Source of the DNA: an uncultured Chloroflexia bacterium
GTDB lineage: Bacteria > Chloroflexota > Limnocylindria > Limnocylindrales > CSP1-4
DNA length: 64,000 nt
Direction of reading: 5' to 3'
Assembly (NCBI GenBank): GCA_963849495.1
Contig: CAWKHN010000015.1
Coordinates: 294,723 to 358,722, forward strand
Shown here: positions 56,963 to 64,000 of the stretch, one piece after another
How positions within the stretch are numbered: the stretch's first letter is position 1
How the letters are laid out: each line of letters starts with the position of its first letter
Program-made: the position numbers and the translations under genes
The notes under the pieces: model-generated
Databases searched by the model: none
What the model was told of the DNA's origin: nothing
Seen by the model: only the letters and a program-made list of their open reading frames with translations

Positions 56963-57104
56963 GGCCCCGAAGGCCGGCCCGTCGGACGGCGCCGCATAGC
57001 CGACGTCCCGGCGCCGCGCACGGGGACCCCTGCCGGTCGGCGCTGGTAGGCGAGGTCGGGGTCGAACCGACACGTTCCTCACGGAACACCGGCTCCTAAG
57101 GCCG
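56963..57104. repeat. 142-bp direct repeat, copy 2
   Basis: See copy 1. Confidence 0.85.
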
Positions 57105-57208
57105 GCGCGTCTGCCATTTCGCCACTCGCCCGAGAGGGAGTCTAGCGCTCGGGACCCGCTGGGCCCCGCCCCCGGTGCTGCGCGAACCCGCGAACGAAGG
57201 CGTGCCTT

Positions 57209-58429
57209 CTAGGCTCCTCCGGACGCACCGGCGACCTGCCGCCCGGCAAGCCAGACCGAGGCGATGCGGTCGGGGAGCGTGTCGAGCGCGTAGGGGTCAC
57301 CGTCCACGACGACGAAGTCGGCCAGCTTGCCGGGCTCGATCGTGCCCCGCTTTCCGTCCACGCCCATGAGCTGGGCCGCGCTCCGTGTCGTCGCCTCCAG
57401 GACGGCGCCGGGCGACATGCCCAGCCCGGCCATCAGCGCCAGCTCCCGGAGGTTCTGGCCGTGGGGCGTGACCCCCGTGTCGGTGCCCATGGCGATTCGG
57501 ACCCCGGCCTCGATCGCGCGGCGGACGGCCGTGCGGTGCTGGTCGATCGTGGCGCGGGCCTTCTCGATCACGTTGGGCGCGATCGTGGCCCCGGCCTCGG
57601 CCGCATCGATCACGCCCTGCGGAGCGACGAGCGTCGGTACCAGCCAGGTGCCCTTCCGGAGCATGAGCTCGATGCCCTCCTCGTCGAGGAAGATCCCGTG
57701 CTCGATCGAGCGGATGCCGGACCGCACGGCGTTCTTGATGCCGTCGGCCGCCTGCGCGTGGGCCATCACGAACATTCCTGCGGCGGTCGCCTCCTCGACG
57801 AGCACGTCGAGCTCGGCGGGGCGGAAGTGGGCATGGGACGGATCGTCACGCGGGGAGGACACGCCGCCCGACGTCGCGACCTTGACCACGTCGGCACCGT
57901 CTCGATGGAGCTCGCGGATCTTGCGCCGCATCTCGTCGGGGCCGTCCACGATCGCGCTGGGCATGCCCGGGTAGGCGTTCAGCAGCGGGATGTCCACGCC
58001 CGACACGTACCAGTCGTCGCCGTGGCCGCCGGTCTGGCTGAGCATCGTGAGGCTGATCTGCATCCTCGGCCCGGGGATCAGCCCGGTCTCAACGGCCTCC
58101 TTGATGCCGAGGTCTGCCCCGCCCGCGTCGCGGATGGAGGTGATCCCGGACCGGAGCGTCGTCGCGAGGTTGCGCGCTGCCACGTAGAAGCGGAGGGAGA
58201 AGGGCTGGTTCGCCATTCGCCAGGCGTCGACGCTGTCGAGCACGACGTGGACGTGCGTGTCGAAGAAGCCCGGGAGCAGCGTCCGGCCGCCGAGATCGAC
58301 CTCCTCGTCGCCGTCCAGCCGCGGGCCGACGTCGACGATGCGACCGTCCTCGACGCTGACATCGGCGGGACCCGGATCCGTGCCCGTGCCGTCGAACACC
58401 GAACCGCCGCGAAAGACCGTGCGCGTCAT
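57209..58429 (-). CDS. amidohydrolase family metal-dependent hydrolase
   Basis: HVHV metal-binding block near the N-terminus, and MGTDTG / LADFVVVDGDP C-terminal motifs. Confidence 0.8.
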   Translation of the reverse strand: MTRTVFRGGSVFDGTGTDPGPADVSVEDGRIVDVGPRLDGDEEVDLGGRTLLPGFFDTHVHVVLDSVDAWRMANQPFSLRFYVAARNLATTLRSGITSIRDAGGADLGIKEAVETGLIPGPRMQISLTMLSQTGGHGDDWYVSGVDIPLLNAYPGMPSAIVDGPDEMRRKIRELHRDGADVVKVATSGGVSSPRDDPSHAHFRPAELDVLVEEATAAGMFVMAHAQAADGIKNAVRSGIRSIEHGIFLDEEGIELMLRKGTWLVPTLVAPQGVIDAAEAGATIAPNVIEKARATIDQHRTAVRRAIEAGVRIAMGTDTGVTPHGQNLRELALMAGLGMSPGAVLEATTRSAAQLMGVDGKRGTIEPGKLADFVVVDGDPYALDTLPDRIASVWLAGRQVAGASGGA

Positions 58430-58535
58430 GGCGCCTCCCTGATGATCGCTGAGCAACCCAGTCTACGAGCGTGCCCCGCGATCCGCGATGCGTCGGGCTC
58501 CGCCCCCGCCGGCCGACCCACCCTATACTCGCCCG

Positions 58536-60038
58536 GCGATGAATGTGACCGCCACCCCTGCCCCCAAGAGCTCCATCCTCCTCGAGATCGAGGTTCCGGC
58601 CGACCGCCTGGACCGCGCCGTGCGCGAGGCCGTCCAGCGCCTGTCGCGCCGGACGCGCGTCGCCGGCTTCCGGCCCGGCAAGGCCCCGAGACCGATCCTC
58701 GAGCGCGTCCTCGGCCCCGGCGCGGTGCTGGACGAGGCCGTCGAGCACCTGGTCCAGGACGCGTACCGCGAGGCCCTCGTCGAGCAGGCGCTCGTCCCGC
58801 TCACGAACGCGGACGTCGAGGTGGTCCAGGCCGAGGAGGGCAAGCCCCTCGTGTTCAAGGCGACCATTCAGGTGCGGCCGGAGATCGAGCTCGGCGACTA
58901 CAAGGACTTCAAGTTCGGCCCCGAGATCGAGACGGTCGACGACGCCAAGGTGGACAAGGTCGTCGAGGAGCTGCGGGACCAGAACGCGACCCTTGCGGCG
59001 GTCGAGGACCGCGGGGCTCGCAACGGTGACTGGGCGGTCATCGGCTTCGTGGGCACCCGCGAGGGTGAGCCGTTCGACGGCGGCACGAGCGACCGGATGC
59101 CCCTGATCCTCGGCGAGGAGCGGCTCATCCCGGGCTTCGAGGCCAACCTGCTGGGCCTGGAGCCGGGCCAGTCCACCGAGTTCGACATCACGTTCCCGGA
59201 CGACTATGCCGAGCAGACCCTGGCCGGCACGCAGGCACACTTCGCAGTCGACCTCAAGGAGCTTCGCGAGAAGGTCATGCCGGTGCTGGACGACGCGTTC
59301 GCCCAGAACATGGGCGAGTACGCGGACCTGGCGGCCCTGCGGGCGGAGATCGGGGAGAGGCTGCGGCGCAACGCGCTCGACCACGCCCGTCATGAGTTCG
59401 CGGACCGGATCATCGAGTACGCCGTCTCCAACTCGACCATCGACCTGCCGGACGTCCTGGTGGACCAGGAGGTCGAGGTGATGCACGACGAGTTCCGGGC
59501 GACGCTCGCCCGGCAGGGCATCGCCGAGCCCGCCTACCTCAAGGCCACGAACCAGACGGAGGCGGAGCTCCACACCGAGTTCCGGCCCCGCGCCGAGCAC
59601 CGCACGAAGGTGCTGCTGGCCCTCTCGAAGATCGCGGAGGCCGAAGGGATCAGCGTCCCCGAGGCGGACGTCGAGGCCGAGATCGACCGGGCCCGCTCCC
59701 GGTACCAGGACCCGAAGACGGTGCGCTACTTCGAGTCTGACCGGGGCCGCAGCTTCATCCGCAGCTCGCTCCGGCGCACCCGCGTGATCGAGGGGCTCGT
59801 GGACGCGTGGCTGGCGGCCCACCCCGAGCACCCGCCGCTGCCGCACCTCGAGGACGATGCACCCTCCGCCGTCGACGGGCCCCAGGCCGCAGCCTCGGCA
59901 GCCATCGGTGCCACCGACCCGGGCTCACTGCCGGGGCACTCCCACGAGGATCACGTTCACGACCACGACCACGACCACGGCGACGCCGATGACGCGGTCG
60001 GGGCCGAGACCTCCGGCGGCGGCGCTGCACGCCGCTAG
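58536..60038 (+). CDS. tig: trigger factor
   Basis: N-terminal ribosome-binding motif (GFRPGKAPR), PPIase and C-domain layout. An unusual His/Asp-rich C-terminal tail. Confidence 0.9.
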   Translation, partial: AMNVTATPAPKSSILLEIEVPADRLDRAVREAVQRLSRRTRVAGFRPGKAPRPILERVLGPGAVLDEAVEHLVQDAYREALVEQALVPLTNADVEVVQAEEGKPLVFKATIQVRPEIELGDYKDFKFGPEIETVDDAKVDKVVEELRDQNATLAAVEDRGARNGDWAVIGFVGTREGEPFDGGTSDRMPLILGEERLIPGFEANLLGLEPGQSTEFDITFPDDYAEQTLAGTQAHFAVDLKELREKVMPVLDDAFAQNMGEYADLAALRAEIGERLRRNALDHARHEFADRIIEYAVSNSTIDLPDVLVDQEVEVMHDEFRATLARQGIAEPAYLKATNQTEAELHTEFRPRAEHRTKVLLALSKIAEAEGISVPEADVEAEIDRARSRYQDPKTVRYFESDRGRSFIRSSLRRTRVIEGLVDAWLAAHPEHPPLPHLEDDAPSAVDGPQAAASAAIGATDPGSLPGHSHEDHVHDHDHDHGDADDAVGAETSGGGAARR

Positions 60039-60080
60039 CGTCACCTGTCCGTGCCCGATCGAACCCAGGGGAGACCCACG

Positions 60081-60764
60081 ATGCTCGTCCCGATGGTCAT
60101 CGAATCCACCAGCCGCGGTGAGCGCGCGTACGACATCTACTCGCGCCTGCTCCGTGAGCGGATCATCTTCCTCGGGGACGCGATCGACGACCATCTCGCG
60201 AACCTCGTGATCGCGCAGCTGCTGTTCCTCGAATCCGAGGATCCCGAGAAGGACATCAGCCTGTACGTCAACTCGCCCGGCGGCGTCGTGACCAGCGGGC
60301 TGGCGATCTACGACACGATGCAGTACCTGCGCGCCCCGGTGAGCACCATCTGCATCGGCATGGCGGCGTCGATGGCGGCGGTCCTGCTCTCGGCCGGTGC
60401 GAAGGGCAAGCGCTACGCGCTGCCGCACAGCCGGATCATGATCCACCAGGGCTCGGGTGGCTTCCGCGGCAATGCCGCGGACGCCGTGATCCAGATGAAG
60501 GAGTGGGAGTACCTGGTCCAGGTGAACCACGAGATCCTGGCGCGACACACCGGCCAGCCGCTCGAGAAGGTCGTCCACGACACCGATCGGGACTATTTCA
60601 TGGGTCCCGAGCAGGCCAAGGACTATGGCATCATCGACGCGGTGTACACGCTGACCGGCGATTCCCTCATCGCGCAGGCGCACGACGCGGGGTTGACGGG
60701 CGGCGAGGGCCCCAGTGTCACGGACCCGGGCTCTTCCGACCCCGGGCCTGCGACGGACCGCTAG
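60081..60764 (+). CDS. clpP: ATP-dependent Clp protease proteolytic subunit
   Basis: Catalytic triad context: GMAASMAA (Ser), HQGSGG (His). C-terminal ~35-aa extension. Confidence 0.9.
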   Translation: MLVPMVIESTSRGERAYDIYSRLLRERIIFLGDAIDDHLANLVIAQLLFLESEDPEKDISLYVNSPGGVVTSGLAIYDTMQYLRAPVSTICIGMAASMAAVLLSAGAKGKRYALPHSRIMIHQGSGGFRGNAADAVIQMKEWEYLVQVNHEILARHTGQPLEKVVHDTDRDYFMGPEQAKDYGIIDAVYTLTGDSLIAQAHDAGLTGGEGPSVTDPGSSDPGPATDR

Positions 60765-60776
60765 GCCGAGGACGAC

Positions 60777-62093
60777 GTGCCGGTGACCACGACGGGCGGC
60801 TCGAAGGGAACGAAGGTTCCCTACCGCTGCTCCTTCTGCGGAAAGAGCCAGGAACAGGTTCGCAAGCTCATCGCGGGCCAGGGTGTCTATATCTGCGATG
60901 AGTGCATCAACCTGTGCCAGGAGATCATCGAGGAGGAGATGCTGGACGCGCCCAAGCCGCGTCCGGCCCAGCAGAAGCTCCCCAACCCCCGGCAGATCAC
61001 CGTCTCGCTCGACCAGTACGTGATCGCCCAGGACAAGGCGAAGAAGGTCCTGGCAGTCGCCGTCTACAACCACTACAAGCGCATCAACGCCGGTTCGACG
61101 GTCGACGACGTGGAGCTCCAGAAGTCGAACGTGCTGCTCGTGGGTCCCACGGGCTCCGGCAAGACGCTCCTGGCCCAGACGCTGGCCCGGATCCTCGATG
61201 TCCCGTTCTGCATCGCGGACGCCACCTCGCTCACCGAGGCCGGCTACGTCGGTGAGGACGTCGAGAACATCCTGCTGCGCCTGATCCAGGCCGCGGACTT
61301 CGACGTTGCCCGGGCCCAGCGCGGGATCATCTACATCGACGAGATCGACAAGATCGCCCGCAAGGCGGACAACCCGTCGATCACCCGTGACGTCTCGGGC
61401 GAGGGCGTCCAGCAGGCCCTGCTCAAGATCCTCGAGGGCACCGTTGCCAACGTGCCGCCGCAGGGTGGCCGGAAGCATCCGCACCAGGACTTCATCCAGA
61501 TCGACACCACGAACATCCTGTTCATCTGCGGCGGGGCGTTCGACGGGCTGGAGAAGATCGTCGAGGAGCGGGTGGGGAAGCGCTCGATCGGCTTCGGGGC
61601 CGATGGCGCCATGTCCCGCACGGACAAGGCGAAGATCATCGAGAAGCTGATGCCGGAGGATCTGCTCAAGTTCGGGCTGATCCCGGAGTTCATCGGCCGG
61701 CTGCCCGTGATCGTTACGCTCTCACCGCTGACCGTGGACGACCTGATGCGGGTCCTCGTGGAGCCGAAGAACGCCGTCACCCGCCAGTTCCAGAAGTTCC
61801 TCCAGCTCGACAAGGTGGAGCTGGTGTTCACGGACGGAGCGCTGCAGGCGGCCGCCGAAGTGGCGCTCGATCGCAAGACCGGTGCGCGGGCCCTGCGCTC
61901 CATCGTGGAGGAGGCGCTGCTCGAGGTGATGTACGACATCCCCGAGCGCACCGACGTGCGGAAGTGCCTGATCATCGAGGAGACGATCCGCACCGGCCGC
62001 GCGCCCCTGCTCCTGACCAAGTCGGACGTGGACAAGGGCGTCGACGAGACGAACTACGAGGAGTGGCTCTCGGCCCAGGGCGCGAGCGCCTAG
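60777..62093 (+). CDS. clpX: ATP-dependent Clp protease ATP-binding subunit ClpX
   Basis: Zn-finger CSFCGKSQ...CDEC, Walker A GPTGSGKT, Walker [10 protein letters not shown]. Confidence 0.9.
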   Translation: MPVTTTGGSKGTKVPYRCSFCGKSQEQVRKLIAGQGVYICDECINLCQEIIEEEMLDAPKPRPAQQKLPNPRQITVSLDQYVIAQDKAKKVLAVAVYNHYKRINAGSTVDDVELQKSNVLLVGPTGSGKTLLAQTLARILDVPFCIADATSLTEAGYVGEDVENILLRLIQAADFDVARAQRGIIYIDEIDKIARKADNPSITRDVSGEGVQQALLKILEGTVANVPPQGGRKHPHQDFIQIDTTNILFICGGAFDGLEKIVEERVGKRSIGFGADGAMSRTDKAKIIEKLMPEDLLKFGLIPEFIGRLPVIVTLSPLTVDDLMRVLVEPKNAVTRQFQKFLQLDKVELVFTDGALQAAAEVALDRKTGARALRSIVEEALLEVMYDIPERTDVRKCLIIEETIRTGRAPLLLTKSDVDKGVDETNYEEWLSAQGASA

Positions 62094-62380
62094 CCGCCCA
62101 CGGGGCGCGGCCGGCGCATCTCGGCCCACGACCGCTCGTCGCCACTGTGCCCTCGTGGCCAGGTACCCGGAGGTCTTCGCCGCACGATTCCCGGGATCGT
62201 CACTCGCGTGGGCTCGCACTCTTACGGTTGGGCCCGACCCGCCGGCAGAGCCCGGCCTGGTGTGGTGCGACATAGCCGCCACGCGCGTCTTCGCCTGGAG
62301 GCGGTAGCGCCCGACGCCGACAGACGCGGCCGACGCATGGCGCGGACGGGCGACTCGACGCGCGGCCCCCTCCGTGGTCG

Positions 62381-62734
62381 TCAGCCCGTCTGGAACAGCC
62401 GCAGGACGAGCAGCGAGAGGATCACGCCTCCGATGCCGACCGCCAGCCCCCGTCGCCCCGCCAGGCGGTCCCAGAAGCGGACGACCGGGAGGATGAGCAG
62501 CGCGATCGCACCGTAGAGCAGGTGGAGCGCGTCGTTGGGCCGGCCGCCGCCGATGAGGATGACGAGCCCGGTCGCGGCCCCGATGGCGACCACCCCGATC
62601 GCAGCCAGGATCGCGCGGTCACGGGCGAACCTGACCGGGCGATGCGTGACCGCCCCGATCACCACGACAAGCGCAACAGCGACACCGCCGGCCGCGACCA
62701 GGATCGCGAGGAGTCGGTGAACATCGGCGAGCAT
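62381..62734 (-). CDS. hypothetical small membrane protein
   Basis: 3-4 hydrophobic segments. The start is uncertain. Confidence 0.35.
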   Translation of the reverse strand: MLADVHRLLAILVAAGGVAVALVVVIGAVTHRPVRFARDRAILAAIGVVAIGAATGLVILIGGGRPNDALHLLYGAIALLILPVVRFWDRLAGRRGLAVGIGGVILSLLVLRLFQTG

Positions 62735-62889
62735 CAAGCGGTTCCCTTCGGCCGGCGTCAGACGTCCGGCCTCGTGCCCGAGACCGGTCCGGAGCGCGGC
62801 CAGAGCCCGGCAGCGTCCTGCTGGGCGCATCCCCGGTAAACTGCAGTCGCCCTGCCGGGTAGGATGGGCGCTCGACCACGCAGGAGGCG

Positions 62890-63768
62890 ATGATAGACCG
62901 CGCGACCGCGTCCCCCGCGGCCCCCACGCCAGCCTCGCGACCGAACGGGCCGCGACCGCAGTCGTCGCGGGGGCGCTCCCCGAGACGGCGCTCGCCGTCC
63001 GGCTGGAAGCTGCTCCTGGGCTACGTCGCGGTTTCCGGCGCGATCATCGCGGCCCTTGCCGTCGCAGGCGTCGCGGTCGGGGCGTCGGCTCCCTCGCAGG
63101 ATCCCGTTGTCGGGCCTGCCGTCACGGTTGCGGCCCGCGGCGAGGGACTGTTCCTGACCAGCTGCGCATCGTGTCACGGAATGCAGGGCGCGGGTACCGC
63201 GAACGGTCCCGACATCCGGTCCGCGGGCGCCGCTCTCGCCGACTTCGTGCTCCGGACCGGAAGGATGCCGCTCGCGGACCCGGCCGCGCCGATGGAGCGC
63301 GGCACCCCGCAGTTCGACGACGTGGACATCCAGGCGCTGGTGGCGTACGTCGCGTCGCTCGGACAGGGCCCCGCGATCCCGGACGTCGTCGTCACCGGGG
63401 CCGAGACGAGCCGGGGCCGGGCGCTGTTCGTGGCCAACTGCGCCGCGTGTCACGGTCCGGCAGGCGGTGGCGGGGCGGTCGGTGGCGGTTTCATCGCACC
63501 TGCCCTGACCAGTGCCGATCCCACAACGGTGGGCGAGGCCGTGGTCACCGGCCCCGGCCCCATGCCCCGGTTCTCATTTTCGCCGACCGAGCTGAACGAC
63601 CTGGCCGGCTACGTCCAGTTCCTGCGCAACGCGCCGCACCCCGGCGGAGCGACAGGCCCGGCGGTCGGGCCGGTGACCGAAGGTTTCGTATCCGCCCTGG
63701 CGCTGCTCGCCCTGCTCCTGGTCGCGCGCTGGGTCGCGGTTCGGCGCGAGCGGGGGAATTCGGAATGA
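62890..63768 (+). CDS. qcrC: diheme cytochrome c (bc1 complex cytochrome c subunit QcrC-like)
   Basis: Two CxxCH motifs (CASCHG, CAACHG) plus a C-terminal TM anchor. AGGAGG RBS. Confidence 0.8.
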   Translation: MIDRATASPAAPTPASRPNGPRPQSSRGRSPRRRSPSGWKLLLGYVAVSGAIIAALAVAGVAVGASAPSQDPVVGPAVTVAARGEGLFLTSCASCHGMQGAGTANGPDIRSAGAALADFVLRTGRMPLADPAAPMERGTPQFDDVDIQALVAYVASLGQGPAIPDVVVTGAETSRGRALFVANCAACHGPAGGGGAVGGGFIAPALTSADPTTVGEAVVTGPGPMPRFSFSPTELNDLAGYVQFLRNAPHPGGATGPAVGPVTEGFVSALALLALLLVARWVAVRRERGNSE

Positions 63769-64000
63769 GCGAGCAACCCAGGGACACGCGGCGGGTCGAG
63801 CGAACGATCGGGCTCGTGTTCATGGTGTCGGCAGCCGCCGGCGTGGCCCTCCTCGGCGTCTACCTCGCGGGCGGCCAGACGCAGATCGAGGCGGTCCTGC
63901 TGGCGACGTGCCTTGGGGGAATCGGCATCGGGATCATCTCCTGGTCGCAGTGGCTCCTCCCCAACGCCCTGCGCACGGAGGAGCGCCACCCCGTCGCAGC
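63767..64000 (+). CDS. qcrA: ubiquinol-cytochrome c reductase Rieske iron-sulfur subunit, N-terminal part (runs off the window)
   Basis: ATGA overlap with qcrC. The N-terminal TM region is typical of actinobacterial QcrA; gene order qcrC-qcrA. Confidence 0.6.

Overview
High-GC (about 70%+) actinobacterium-like chromosomal segment; I cannot assign a genus from sequence alone. Coordinates for genes are taken from the ORF track or derived from it by counting residues; coordinates for repeats and motifs were counted by hand and may be off by a few bases. The first ~22 kb is dominated by two adjacent aerobic carbon monoxide dehydrogenase (molybdenum hydroxylase) gene sets. (1) A form-II-type coxS-coxL-coxM set (large subunit loop AYRGAGR, read directly at 5310..7712), followed by maturation genes: a molybdopterin-binding-domain protein, coxD (MoxR AAA+), coxE (VWA), an XdhC/CoxI homologue, a MocA-like cytidylyltransferase and a translationally coupled methyltransferase. 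(2) A canonical form-I coxM-coxS-coxL set (loop AYRCSFR at 18426..20795), followed by an XdhC-YHS fusion and coxG. The form-II set is preceded by a small cassette encoding an XRE-HTH protein with a putative PD-(D/E)XK nuclease-like C-terminus, bracketed by two ~110-bp MITE-like elements with 8-bp terminal inverted repeats and two tandem-repeat arrays. The remainder mixes housekeeping genes (rsgA, two ABC systems, potABCD plus an aminotransferase, apbC/mrp, crp/fnr, cinA, tig-clpP-clpX, qcrC-qcrA start) with accessory-looking pieces. These include a VapBC module flanked by short repeats, an orphan PIN gene, a CpaF/TadA-like ATPase homologue with a degenerate Walker A, a holin-X/DUF3618 pair, and a multi-PAS histidine kinase plus receiver protein. 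The kinase carries a ~405-bp exact intragenic duplication, and the kinase/receiver module is bracketed by 142-bp direct repeats that contain a tRNA-like 3' fragment. A palindromic TGACTCA/TGAGTCA motif family recurs in intergenic regions. Many long ORFs in the six-frame track are GC-driven antisense artefacts. No CRISPR array, rRNA or intact tRNA was seen.
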